Positions 46,413-56,235 of a stretch of DNA of 64,000 bases are shown here, one piece after another. The first letter of the stretch is position 1. Every line of letters begins with the position of its first letter. A program made the translations under genes and the position numbers. This DNA comes from an uncultured Collinsella sp. (GTDB lineage Bacteria; Actinomycetota; Coriobacteriia; Coriobacteriales; Coriobacteriaceae): positions 11,666-75,665 of the forward strand of contig CABUBZ010000002.1 of assembly GCA_902489945.1 (NCBI GenBank). Reading direction: 5' to 3'. The notes beneath the pieces are model-generated. The model was not told where the DNA came from, did no database searches, and worked only from the letters and a program-made list of their open reading frames with translations.

Positions 46413-49400
46413 CTAGCGCTTACGGATACCCCAGACCAGGGCTCCGACGCCAGCCATGGCGATGACAAATGCCATGAGCAGCGCGGCTGCCTGCTGGTCA
46501 CCCGTGGTGGGCAGATAGCCCTTGACCGTCTTGACGATGTTCGTCACGGTCTTGGACGTACCGGGGTCGGGCGTCGGTACGGGCGTTTCGGGCTTCTTGT
46601 ACGTGTTGTTGAACACGATGCCCTCGACACTCTTGTCGCCCTTGGTATAGGCGACGCTCGCCTTGAGGTTGCCCTCGCCGTCGTCGACCACGTTGACGGT
46701 CGCGGTAAAGACGGACTTGTCATAGGTCATACCGGCCTCGTCGCCCTTGACCTCGCTGATGGTGTAGACGTACGTTCCGGGCTCGTCGTACTCGAACTTG
46801 TCGAAGCTGATCTTGCCGTCGGCATCGTTGGTGACGGTGGACTCGACGTCCTCGCCAACGAGCTTAAAGCTAAACTCGTCCTTCTTGAGCTCGCGTCCCT
46901 CAAGCACCTTGATGGCGCCGATGGAAACCTGCGTGGGCATGGCGTGATACTTGTTGGTAAAGCCAGCCGACTCGGTGGTTCCCTCGAGCTTGTGCGTCGC
47001 GGTCAGCGTGCCGTCGCCATTGTCGGAGACGGTGGTCACGACGGTGTAGGTCGTGCCGTCATAGGTGACGCCCTTGTACAGGCCGAGCGCGTTGGGGCAA
47101 GCCTCGCGCAGCATGTACGTGTGCGTGCCGGGCGCCTCGTAGCGGATCGGGCTCAGCGTCACGTTGCCGTTGGCGTCGTTGGTGCCGCTCGCGACAACCA
47201 CGCCGTCCTCGAGCAGCTCAAACGTGAACTCGCCAGCTGCAAGGTCGCGTCCGGTCAGACGCTTGACCGTCTTGACCTGATCGGTCACCACAGAATCGGT
47301 AGGCGTCACGTTATAGGTGTTGGTGAACGTGAAGGCCGCGCCGTCGTCACCCTCGCGCACGACGCGCAGATGTCCGGCACCGTCGTCAGTCACGGTGTAG
47401 GAAACCTTGCGCGTGGCGTTGGCGTCATTGGCCACGCCAGGGGCGCTACCGGACTCGGTCACCGTGTAGGTAAAGGTGTGCGAGCGCGGAGCGGTGGGGG
47501 CTGCGGGCTTGGACTCGTCGCTGGGCTCGTCGGCGTTGGCATCAGCGTCGGCGTCGGCCTCTTCAGCCTCTGCCTCGTCGGCCTCAGCCTCGTCAGCTTC
47601 GTCTGCCTCGGCCTTATCGGTCGCATCGTCCGTCACGCCCAGGGCGCGGTTGAGGTCCTCGAGCGTAAAGTGGATCTTGCCAAAGTCCACGTTGCCGGCC
47701 GCGTCGTTGGTTGCGGTCGTGCGCTCGGGCATCGGGGCACCCGCCTCGTCAGCGGTCACGGTAAAGGTAAACTTACCCGCGATGTCGGCCGGGGCCAGGC
47801 CCTCGGCTGCCTGGAGCTTCTTGGTGCCGATGAGTGCGGCATCCACGGCCTCGGCGCCGTAGACGTTTTCGAACAAGGGCTCGACGCCACCGTAGTCGAC
47901 CGTTGCCGTCAGGGTACCGTCACCGTTGTCGACAACGATAACCTTAAAGCCAAAGCTCCACGTTGTAGCGGAAACGCCATTCGGCAGCCCGAATAAATCT
48001 TCGTAGGCCGTGTAGTTAATGGTCCAAGCGAGCTTACCGTCCTTGTCGGTACGATGGGCAAGCCCAGCCGCCTCAAGATTGGCAAGCATCTCGGTGTCGT
48101 AGTGCAGTGCATCAAAGCTCACATGCCCGCCGATATTAGGCTTGAGGTTTTCGTAGCCCACAAGCTCGCCCTGATAGGCAATGCCGAACCAGAACTCGCC
48201 GTCGGCCATCGGACGACCGGTCAGGGTCTTGGTGGCGACAACCTGAGCAGCGGTACCACCAGGCGTATTGGTCGTAGCGCTGTAGCTGTTGTGGAACGGA
48301 ACCAGGGCACTCTCGACCTTGTTCTCACCGCTCTTGTGGACCGTCGTATGCGTACCCTCGGGACCGCCGGAGACGGTCGTCGTGGCGGTAAGCGTACCGG
48401 CACCGTCATCGGCGACGGCGATCGTCACGGTACGCACGGCGTCGTCGTAGGTGTAACCGGGCTTGCCGTCATTCTTCTCGGCTACGGTGTACGTGAAGGT
48501 CTTGCCGGCGTCAGCCTGCGTAAACTTGACCTCATGGCCAGCCAGGATGTCGATCAGGCCGACCGTTGCCTCTGCCGTCGCAGGGGACTTGAAGTTGTTG
48601 GCTCCGGGCAGCAGGCCAAGCGCGTTGGCCGAGGCCTCGTCGGCAGGCGTCACGGTAAACGTGAACTGACCCTCGGTCATAGGACGTCCGGAGAGGCTCT
48701 TGCTGAGCTTGAGGCCGCCGGCCGCGGTGTAGTTAAGCTCAGTGCGGTACGTGTTGGTGAAGCGTCCGTTTTCCTTCTTGGTGACATTGGCGGTCAGCTT
48801 GCCCTCGCCGTCCTCAGTCACGGTCACTTCGGCGGTCGCGACATGCCCGTCATACGCCATGCCGGCCGCGTTACCCGCGTTCTCGCGGATCTCGTACGTG
48901 TAGGTTCCGGCAGCCGTGTAGCGGATCTTGCCGAACTTGACGGCAGCGATGCCATCCTTCGCATCGTGCTTGTTCACGGTCACGGTTGCAGGATCGGGCA
49001 GCGGGGTGCCCTCGGCGGCGGTGATGGTAAAGCTGAACTCGTCGGAGTCCGTCCAGTCGCGACCGTCGATAGCCTTACTCAGATCAAAGTCGAGCTCTGC
49101 GTCGAGCGGGGTCACGCTGTAGGTGTTCTTGAAGGTCGCAGCCGTGGCGTCCTTCAGGACATGCTCAGCCTTGAGCGTGCCATCGCCCTTGTCGGTAATG
49201 GTGGTCTCGATGGTGTACTTGGCGTCGCCGTACGTGATGCCCTTGCTGGTGGTTCCGCCGTTGACCTCGCGCAACGTGTAGATGTGCGTTCCAGGCTTGT
49301 CGTACTTCACGGCGCCCATCGTGATCTTGCCGTCGGCGGCGTTGGTGCCGGTAGCGACGACCTTGGCGCCCTCAACGAGCTCGAAGGAGAACTCGCCAGC

Positions 49401-52400
49401 CTTGAGGTCGCGACCGGTCAGGACCTTGTTCGCGATGATCTGGTCAGTGACGCAAGACTCGACAGGCGTCACGTTATAGGTGTTGGTGAACGTAAATGCC
49501 GCATCGCCGTCCGGGTTACGGGATACGCTCAGCTTACCCTTGCCGTTATCGGTCACGGTGAAGGAAACCTTGCGCGACAGCTTGGCGTCGTTGGTCACGC
49601 CAGCGACCTCGCCGGACTCGGTCACCGTGTAGGTAAAGGTATGCTCGCGCTTCTCGGGCTTCTCACCCAGGGCCTTGTTAAGGTCGTCGAGCGTAAAGGT
49701 GATCTTGCCAAAGTCGACCTTGCCCTTGGCGTCGTTGTGCACGCTCGTGCTCGCAGGCATAGGCGCGCCCTCTTCGCCGGTCACGGTAAAGGTAAACTTA
49801 CCGGTGATGTCGGCCGGGGTCAGGTCGTCGGGAACCTGTAGATTCTTCTTGCCCACAAGCGATGCCTCGGCAGCATTCGTGGTGTAGGCGTTCTTGAACT
49901 CGATGCTCTTGGCGTCCTTGGCTTCCTTGGCGTCCTCAAGCTCGTGCGTGGCAACCAGCTGGCCCTTGCCGTTATCGGTGATGGTCGTCACGATGGTGTG
50001 GGTCTTGCTGTCGTAAGTGATGCCATTGTCGGCGTCGCCCGGGACCTCGCGCAGCCTGTAGGTGTGCTGGCCGATCTCGGTGTACTTGATGGGGTTGAAC
50101 GTCACCTTACCGTTGGCGTCGTTTGTAACGGTCTCGACAGGCTTGAATTCCCTATCCACGATCTCGGCCAGCTCGAAGCTGAACTCGCCGGCCGCAAGGT
50201 CGCGCCCGGTCAGAGACTTGGTCACGTCAATCTTGTCGGTAACGCTGGACTCAACAGGCTCCGCAGTGTAGACGTTCTTGAACTCGGTCTCGTCGGCTTC
50301 GCTCCAAGTCACCTTCACGTCAGCGCTGAGCTCGCCCTTCTTGTTGGGCGTTACCGTCACGGTGATCTCCGCGACGTTCTTGCTGTAGGCAATGCCGTCA
50401 ACCGTGGTACCGGCGTTCTTTTCGCTGACCTTGTAGACATACGTGCCAGGCTCGGTGTATTTGATCGTGCCGAAGCCAATGGCCGCCTTGCCGTTGTCCA
50501 GATCGTCCTTGGTCACAGACACAGCCACGGGCGCTGTCGCGGACTCGGGCATCGGGGCGCCGTCCTCGGACGTCAGCCCAAACTCAAACGTGTCCTCAGC
50601 CTTCCACTGACGGCCCTCGAGCACCTTGGTCAAGCCAAAGTCGGCCTTGGTATCCACCGTTGCCGGCGTCATGTCGTACTTATAGCTAATCTTGCCGTTG
50701 TTGCCCAGGTAGGAGTTGACATGCGTCGCGGTCGCCTTGGCGGACGTGTTGTTCCACTTGGGGCTGAGCACGTCGGTCGCGGTGCGAGTCTTGTTGCTCT
50801 CCTTGATGGTGTGGAGCTCATCGATAAAGGCCAGGCGTGCGGTTCCCACAGTAAACACCAAGTTACCGTTCTCATCGGGAACAATCGCGCCGTCGAACTT
50901 CGCGGCGTCGCCACCGATAAACTCGATGACGGCGGTGGCGGGCTTGGCCTCGTCGTTCTCGCCCTGCTCCTCAAACTCGTCCTTGTAGTAATAGGCAACC
51001 TCGCCAGCCAGCGCGGAACCCTTTGCAGGCTGCGTGCATTCCTTATCCGTGTAAATGGGCGTCTGCTTCTGGAAATAGTAGTAGCGGTTGGTGTCGGCAG
51101 GCTCAAAGGTCGCAACCGTATCGCCCAGCGCGCCGGCAGCCCACTTGTTCGCGTAGAAATTCACGGTCTTGGCGCCGTCAACGACGGTCGTATTATGCTC
51201 GATGTAGTCCTTGAGCCCCGTGACCTTCTCGGGCGTAAACAGGTTGTCGAGCGCAGCGCTCTTCACGCTCGAGGTGTACTTCACGCGGATAGGCTGAGCG
51301 CTGTCGACCGAAAGCTTGCCGTCTTCGTTCTTAAAGTGGCTCTGCGGAATCAACGACGCAGGAATCTTGACCGTTACGATATCGCCGGTCTGAGGCTCGC
51401 CCTCTTTGGCATGTTGAACGGTGATGACCAGGTTCGCGGCATCACCCGTGAATGTGTAGGTGTCGACGTTGTCCTCGGTCTTTGTCGGCTTGTCAAACGT
51501 CGTGCCGTTGTATATAAAACCGTCGACCTGCATAAAGTCGCCCAGCTCATCGGTAAACGTAATGTAGCCGGACTTGGTCGCGTCGTAACCCTTGTGGATT
51601 TCGGTCGGGTGAGGTGCTTCCGACGTAATGGCCTTTGAGATGTCGTCGAAGACCTTCTTGAGCTCATCGGCATTGGTCGCCGACTTGTAGTAGTCGGAGT
51701 TTTCCACGCGCGCACCAAGCATATCGCTCGTATACGACGTGGCGCTGGGATAGTTACTCGACACGGCGTGCATGAACTTATTTACGTCGCTCGTTCCCTT
51801 ATTCGAGGGATCGGCAGCGGGGTTCGCTCCGCTAAAGATGCCGATAGTATAAACGGTGGCCTTGCCGTCCTTCATGCTCTTGGCAGCCGTCACGGCAGCG
51901 TTGGCGACATCAGAATCAAACTCGCTGTAGCTCGTTGGCTTGCCGTCGGTAAAGAACACAACGACCTTCTTGGCGCCCTCGCGTCCAAAAGTTTTAATGT
52001 TTTTCTCGGCTTGTTTCATACCATAATCGGCACGCGTAGCGCCAGCAGGCTCGATAGAATCGATCGTTCCCTTAAGACCCTTTGCGCCGCCAACCGTGCA
52101 CGCTGTCAACTCTTGCATTGTCTGCGAATAGTTGTAGCTATGGCCGCCGGAGCGGTACTTGTCGTTTCCAACTTTGTCGGTCTCATCACCCGCAAACTTA
52201 ACAATGGCAACCTTATGCTGCCTATCGACACCCTCGATACCTTCGTTTTGTTTGGCGATGGTGTCGATAAAGCTTTTCGCAGCGCTCTTCAGCGCATCGA
52301 TACGCTTGGTGGAATCTCCACCACCCATAGGATCATTCATCGAGCCGGATGCATCCAGCACTAGCACGATGTCGAGTGGCGTGGTGACTGTCACGGTTGA

Positions 52401-52718
52401 ATTAGACGTCGAGGACATCGCCGAAAGCGTGGTCACAAAATCTGACACTTCGTTTTCTCCGGTTGCCTCAACCGTTTTGTCGGTCCAGATTCGACCGACG
52501 TTTTGAGTCGTCACCTTATTGCCGCTGTGGCCGGCCGCCCATTTTTCCCAGCGTCCGCTGGTGTCGGGGTCGACGACCGTCGGCCCGCTCGCTGTCGGCC
52601 CGTCCATTCCCGTACTGGACCTGGCGTTGGCCTCGGGCAGCATGGCGAATGCTGCGGCGGGCAATACCAGCACTACGGCCAGTATCACCGCCAAGAGACC
52701 CCTCGTGTACTTACCCAT
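46413..52718 (-). CDS. Large sortase-anchored adhesin: signal peptide, VWA domain, about 10 Spy0128/FctA-like CnaB repeats, LPTTG anchor
   Basis: MIDAS motif DASGS and FFTDG; repeated K..L.GR...EF.F ... FxNxY domains; LPTTG + hydrophobic stretch + RKR tail. Confidence 0.9.
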   Translation of the reverse strand: MGKYTRGLLAVILAVVLVLPAAAFAMLPEANARSSTGMDGPTASGPTVVDPDTSGRWEKWAAGHSGNKVTTQNVGRIWTDKTVEATGENEVSDFVTTLSAMSSTSNSTVTVTTPLDIVLVLDASGSMNDPMGGGDSTKRIDALKSAAKSFIDTIAKQNEGIEGVDRQHKVAIVKFAGDETDKVGNDKYRSGGHSYNYSQTMQELTACTVGGAKGLKGTIDSIEPAGATRADYGMKQAEKNIKTFGREGAKKVVVFFTDGKPTSYSEFDSDVANAAVTAAKSMKDGKATVYTIGIFSGANPAADPSNKGTSDVNKFMHAVSSNYPSATSYTSDMLGARVENSDYYKSATNADELKKVFDDISKAITSEAPHPTEIHKGYDATKSGYITFTDELGDFMQVDGFIYNGTTFDKPTKTEDNVDTYTFTGDAANLVITVQHAKEGEPQTGDIVTVKIPASLIPQSHFKNEDGKLSVDSAQPIRVKYTSSVKSAALDNLFTPEKVTGLKDYIEHNTTVVDGAKTVNFYANKWAAGALGDTVATFEPADTNRYYYFQKQTPIYTDKECTQPAKGSALAGEVAYYYKDEFEEQGENDEAKPATAVIEFIGGDAAKFDGAIVPDENGNLVFTVGTARLAFIDELHTIKESNKTRTATDVLSPKWNNTSAKATATHVNSYLGNNGKISYKYDMTPATVDTKADFGLTKVLEGRQWKAEDTFEFGLTSEDGAPMPESATAPVAVSVTKDDLDNGKAAIGFGTIKYTEPGTYVYKVSEKNAGTTVDGIAYSKNVAEITVTVTPNKKGELSADVKVTWSEADETEFKNVYTAEPVESSVTDKIDVTKSLTGRDLAAGEFSFELAEIVDREFKPVETVTNDANGKVTFNPIKYTEIGQHTYRLREVPGDADNGITYDSKTHTIVTTITDNGKGQLVATHELEDAKEAKDAKSIEFKNAYTTNAAEASLVGKKNLQVPDDLTPADITGKFTFTVTGEEGAPMPASTSVHNDAKGKVDFGKITFTLDDLNKALGEKPEKREHTFTYTVTESGEVAGVTNDAKLSRKVSFTVTDNGKGKLSVSRNPDGDAAFTFTNTYNVTPVESCVTDQIIANKVLTGRDLKAGEFSFELVEGAKVVATGTNAADGKITMGAVKYDKPGTHIYTLREVNGGTTSKGITYGDAKYTIETTITDKGDGTLKAEHVLKDATAATFKNTYSVTPLDAELDFDLSKAIDGRDWTDSDEFSFTITAAEGTPLPDPATVTVNKHDAKDGIAAVKFGKIRYTAAGTYTYEIRENAGNAAGMAYDGHVATAEVTVTEDGEGKLTANVTKKENGRFTNTYRTELNYTAAGGLKLSKSLSGRPMTEGQFTFTVTPADEASANALGLLPGANNFKSPATAEATVGLIDILAGHEVKFTQADAGKTFTYTVAEKNDGKPGYTYDDAVRTVTIAVADDGAGTLTATTTVSGGPEGTHTTVHKSGENKVESALVPFHNSYSATTNTPGGTAAQVVATKTLTGRPMADGEFWFGIAYQGELVGYENLKPNIGGHVSFDALHYDTEMLANLEAAGLAHRTDKDGKLAWTINYTAYEDLFGLPNGVSATTWSFGFKVIVVDNGDGTLTATVDYGGVEPLFENVYGAEAVDAALIGTKKLQAAEGLAPADIAGKFTFTVTADEAGAPMPERTTATNDAAGNVDFGKIHFTLEDLNRALGVTDDATDKAEADEADEAEADEAEAEEADADADANADEPSDESKPAAPTAPRSHTFTYTVTESGSAPGVANDANATRKVSYTVTDDGAGHLRVVREGDDGAAFTFTNTYNVTPTDSVVTDQVKTVKRLTGRDLAAGEFTFELLEDGVVVASGTNDANGNVTLSPIRYEAPGTHTYMLREACPNALGLYKGVTYDGTTYTVVTTVSDNGDGTLTATHKLEGTTESAGFTNKYHAMPTQVSIGAIKVLEGRELKKDEFSFKLVGEDVESTVTNDADGKISFDKFEYDEPGTYVYTISEVKGDEAGMTYDKSVFTATVNVVDDGEGNLKASVAYTKGDKSVEGIVFNNTYKKPETPVPTPDPGTSKTVTNIVKTVKGYLPTTGDQQAAALLMAFVIAMAGVGALVWGIRKR

Positions 52719-52770
52719 CGCGTCTCCCTTCTCGCAGGTTCAGACCTTGCATCAGCCTAAAGTTACGGAA

Positions 52771-52853
52771 TGAGACACAGTTAGGGCAGGTGACACACGT
52801 TCCAGATTCGGTTTTGGGCGTGAGACAAATGTCTCACCAAAGTTGAGACACAG
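52771..52853. promoter_or_regulatory. TGAGACA repeats and GTGAGACA-AA-TGTCTCAC palindrome upstream of the adhesin
   Basis: TGAGACACAG 52771, TGACACAC 52791, palindrome 52820-52837, TGAGACACAG 52844. Confidence 0.55.
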
Positions 52854-52943
52854 CGTTTTCGCAGGAAAACGGGTGCGACTCGAGATTGACGAGCCAAAAT
52901 GATCCGTTTTCCTCCGTCCCCGAGGGATCAATTGATGGCGCTC

Positions 52944-53103
52944 GCCACGAAACCGGCCCATCTACTACGTTTGACCCGATACCACCGACCATACCAGCGT
53001 TTCACGAAAAACCTCAGGCTCTCTACCTGCGGTTTTGTTTTCGCGTTTTTCGCTGTGGTTGAGGGTAGCCGCCCAAACGTAGTAGATAGGCCCATTTCGT
53101 GGC
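52944..53103. repeat. 160-bp palindromic element, type B copy 2
   Basis: GCCACGAAACCGGCCCATCTACTACGTTTG ... CAAACGTAGTAGATAGGCCCATTTCGTGGC; linker copies at 52894 and 53133. Confidence 0.85.
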
Positions 53104-53196
53104 AGACGGGTCGCGCGGCGGCCTTCGCGAAGCCAAAATGTTCTGTTTTCCTCCGTCCCCGGGGGATCAGGGGCTGATACCAGCATGGTGTCATTT

Positions 53197-53350
53197 CAAA
53201 ACTATGCCGATTTACTACGATAAATACGAAGTCCCCGACCACACCCGATTTTTTCACAAAATCGCAAGCCGTCTACCTGCAGTTTTGTTTTTACCAAATG
53301 CGGTGTGGCTGGAAATTGGCGATTCATCGTAGTAATCCGGCATAGTTTTG
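53197..53350. repeat. 154-bp palindromic element, type A copy 2
   Basis: CAAAACTATGCCG...CGGCATAGTTTTG; central GTCTACCTGCAGTTTT. Confidence 0.85.
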
Positions 53351-53380
53351 TTCGCGGCGGCCTGACTGCGCGCCCAAGCG

Positions 53381-53415
53381 CGGGGCCGGCGGGGCATTTT
53401 TTCCCCGCCGGCCCC
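53381..53415. terminator. GC-rich hairpin after the ech operon
   Basis: GGGGCCGGCGGGG...CCCCGCCGGCCCC. Confidence 0.55.
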
Positions 53416-53425
53416 TATTTCAGCG

Positions 53426-53767
53426 CTATTCCGGCTTGGTTTCTACCGTGGGGGTCTTGTCCGCCGCGACTGGGGTGCGGGCGGCATCCATACTCAGGCA
53501 GTGCTTGGGGCAGCTTTCGATGCATTCGCCGCACACCACGCAGGCGTACGGGTCGATCGACCAGGTGCCGCCCTTGCGATCGACCGCAAGGGCGCCCGCC
53601 GGGCAGCGACGTGCGCACATGCCACAACAGATGCATGCATCCATGCCGTTAACGATATGTCCGCGCAGGCGCTCGGGCGCTGCAAGCTTTTCCTGCGGAT
53701 AGCACACCGTTACCGGCTGCTTGACCATAGAACCCAAGGCCGTCTTGGCAAATGTCAGCAAACTCAT
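53426..53767 (-). CDS. echF: Ech hydrogenase subunit F (2x[4Fe-4S])
   Basis: TVCYP, RGHI, CICCGMCARRCP, CVVCGECIESCP. Confidence 0.88.
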   Translation of the reverse strand: MSLLTFAKTALGSMVKQPVTVCYPQEKLAAPERLRGHIVNGMDACICCGMCARRCPAGALAVDRKGGTWSIDPYACVVCGECIESCPKHCLSMDAARTPVAADKTPTVETKPE

Positions 53768-53774
53768 GCCGCGC

Positions 53775-54863
53775 CTACCTTTCCGTGCAGCTAATGCAGG
53801 GGTCGATGGTCAGGATAATCATGGGGACGTTGGCGATGAGCACGCCCTGCAGCGCGTGCGTCAGACCCGCCAGGTTTTGCGACGTCGGCGTGCGCACGCG
53901 GAAACGGTCCAGGTTCTTGGTGCCGTTGCCGCGCACATAGTAATACGCTTCGCCGCGCGGTTGCTCAATCACAACCTCGCCGCGCGCACCGTCGGCCGGC
54001 GTGAGCTTGGTGCGCTCGCCGATACCGTCGTGCGGAATCTTGCCCACAAGCTCCCTGATAATGTCCATGGCCTGCGTGACCTCGGCGCAACGCACCTGGC
54101 AGCGGGCATAGCAGTCGCCGTCGGTTGGCACGATGGGCTCAAACGCTGCCAAGTCCGCATAGGCACCGTCGCCGAACATACGCACGTCGTAATCCACGCC
54201 CGAGGCACGACCGAACGGACCGACCATCGAAAGCTCCAGCGCGTCCTTCTTGCTAATCACACCCACACCATGCAGGCGCTCGCCGCAGCTGGCATCATCC
54301 AAAAACGTATGCACCAGAGCCTCGTAGTCGGGGCGCATGGCATCGAGCGTCTGAACAATGCCCGCCAGCTCGGAGTCCTCGATGTCGTGCTTAAGGCCGC
54401 CGATCTCATTGATCGACAGGATCACGCGGCCACCGCAAGTGCTCTCAAAAATCTTGAGAATCTGCTCGCGCAGGGTCCACGAACGATAGAACAGCGCCTC
54501 AAAGCCAAAGGCATCGGCGAGCAGGCCCAGCCACAGCAAATGCGAGTGGATGCGCGAAAGCTCATGCAAAATGGTGCGGATGTACTGCACGCGGCCGGGC
54601 ACCTCGATGTCGAGCATACGCTCGCAAGCTGTGGCATAGCCGCAGCTGTGACCCACGGCGCAGATGCCGCAGATGCGTTCGGCGATGTAGCCAAACTGAT
54701 GCATATCGCGCTTTTCGGTGAGCTTCTCGAGCCCGCGGTGCACAAAACCGATCTGCGGAATTGCCTCGATCACGCGATCGTCCTCGAGCACCAGATCCAG
54801 GTGGAGTGGCTCGGGCAGCACCGGATGCTGCGGGCCAAACGGAATAACGGAGCGATGTGCCAT
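53775..54863 (-). CDS. echE: Ech [NiFe]-hydrogenase large subunit E (group 4)
   Basis: GPQHPVLPEP, HRGLEK, L1 ERICGIC, L2 DPCISCTER ending without a cleavable extension. Confidence 0.93.
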   Translation of the reverse strand: MAHRSVIPFGPQHPVLPEPLHLDLVLEDDRVIEAIPQIGFVHRGLEKLTEKRDMHQFGYIAERICGICAVGHSCGYATACERMLDIEVPGRVQYIRTILHELSRIHSHLLWLGLLADAFGFEALFYRSWTLREQILKIFESTCGGRVILSINEIGGLKHDIEDSELAGIVQTLDAMRPDYEALVHTFLDDASCGERLHGVGVISKKDALELSMVGPFGRASGVDYDVRMFGDGAYADLAAFEPIVPTDGDCYARCQVRCAEVTQAMDIIRELVGKIPHDGIGERTKLTPADGARGEVVIEQPRGEAYYYVRGNGTKNLDRFRVRTPTSQNLAGLTHALQGVLIANVPMIILTIDPCISCTER

Positions 54864-54868
54864 GGACC

Positions 54869-55588
54869 TTACGCCTCCTTTTTCTGCTTGTCGCGGGCGG
54901 CCTTGGCGGCAAGCGCCGCGCGGACCTTGGCTGCTTTCTCGGGATCCATGGCGGCGAGCTTTGCCTCCATCTCGGCAGCCTTGAGCGCGGCCTTCGCAGC
55001 AGCCTCGTCATGCTGAGCATCGGAGCCGGCAGCCGCATCGGGCTGAGCGACGGCAGCGCCCGCAGCATCGCCAGCGCCCGCAGCGCCCTCCCCCGCAGCA
55101 GCCGCAGCCGCGGCGGCCTTTTCGGCCGCGGCCTTGCGCGCCTTGACCTCGGCAGCGGCACGGACCTTCATGGCCTTCTCGCGCGCGGCTTTCACCTCGG
55201 GCGTGATAACGCTCATGGGCTCGGCAGTCGAGACCTGATAGAAAAAGCCCTTAAAGTCAATCTGCATGTCGGTGATGGCAAGACCAAATAGGTCGTGGGC
55301 CTCATTTTCAAACGGGAATACCGCCGGATAATACGAGCTGATGGACGGAATCTCCTGGTACTGGTCGATACCCTCGACTACCAGGTTCTCGATCGCATAG
55401 TTACCGTCCTGAGCGATCTGCTCTTGCGCAGCGCGGACGTTGATAAACGTATAGACCAGGCGATACGTGCCGTCGTCGACGCTGCGCTCGGCGTGCATTT
55501 GCACAAAGCGCGCGCCGACGCCCTTGAGCGCCTGGACATGCAACAGGAGCTCGTCGATCCCGACGGTGGTATAGATAGCCTTTTGCAT
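54869..55588 (-). CDS. echD: Ech subunit D (NuoC-like) with Ala-rich C-terminal extension
   Basis: LVYTF, IPSIS.YYPAVFPFENEAHDLFG, IDFKG. Confidence 0.82.
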   Translation of the reverse strand: MQKAIYTTVGIDELLLHVQALKGVGARFVQMHAERSVDDGTYRLVYTFINVRAAQEQIAQDGNYAIENLVVEGIDQYQEIPSISSYYPAVFPFENEAHDLFGLAITDMQIDFKGFFYQVSTAEPMSVITPEVKAAREKAMKVRAAAEVKARKAAAEKAAAAAAAAGEGAAGAGDAAGAAVAQPDAAAGSDAQHDEAAAKAALKAAEMEAKLAAMDPEKAAKVRAALAAKAARDKQKKEA

Positions 55589-56223
55589 TACTCGGCCTCC
55601 TTTGCAGCGGCGGGCGTCTCAGCAGGTGCGTCACCAGCGGCGGGTGCGGCGGACCTGGTGGACACGTTGGCCTCGACGCCGTCACCGGCACCGCCCCCAT
55701 CGCCGGCCTCCGTAGCGGCCACAAACCCGTCCTCGCCCAGCTCAACGCCACCGTCCCAGGTTGCGGCGCCGCCCACGGTGAGCGGGTCACCACCGGCACG
55801 CATCACGGCCTCTTTCTGATCCAGGATGCCGCACGCCTCCACGATGGCATCGATTACGGTCTCGGGGCGAATGGCGCACCCGGGCGCGTACACGTCCACG
55901 GGAATCGCGCGGTCCACGCCACCGATCACGTTGTAGGCATCGCGGAACACGCCGCCCGAGCACGCGCAAATGCCGCACGCCACCACGCACTTGGGCTCGA
56001 GCATCTGGTTGTAGATCTGGCGCACGACGGGCAGATTCTGCGCGTTGACCGAACCCGTCACCAAAAAGATATCTGCATGCTTGGGGTTGCCGGTGTTGAC
56101 CACGCCAAAGCGCTCTGCATCGAACAGCGGTGTGAGCGAGGCCAGCACCTCGATATCGCATCCGTTGCAGCTCGAACCGTCGTAATGAATAACCCACGGC
56201 GAGCGCGACATTTTATGATCCAT
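55588..56223 (-). CDS. echC: Ech small subunit C (NuoB-like)
   Basis: SPW, SCNGCDIE, GNPKHAD, CACSGG, PGCAIRPE. Confidence 0.92.
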   Translation of the reverse strand: MDHKMSRSPWVIHYDGSSCNGCDIEVLASLTPLFDAERFGVVNTGNPKHADIFLVTGSVNAQNLPVVRQIYNQMLEPKCVVACGICACSGGVFRDAYNVIGGVDRAIPVDVYAPGCAIRPETVIDAIVEACGILDQKEAVMRAGGDPLTVGGAATWDGGVELGEDGFVAATEAGDGGGAGDGVEANVSTRSAAPAAGDAPAETPAAAKEAE

Positions 56224-56235
56224 GAATGCCGCCTC

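Noticed and set aside
45881..53257. Small ORFs starting MGRFRG (45881-46129, 52752-52961 and similar)
   Set aside because: They arise from the repeated palindromic elements; there is no coding signature.
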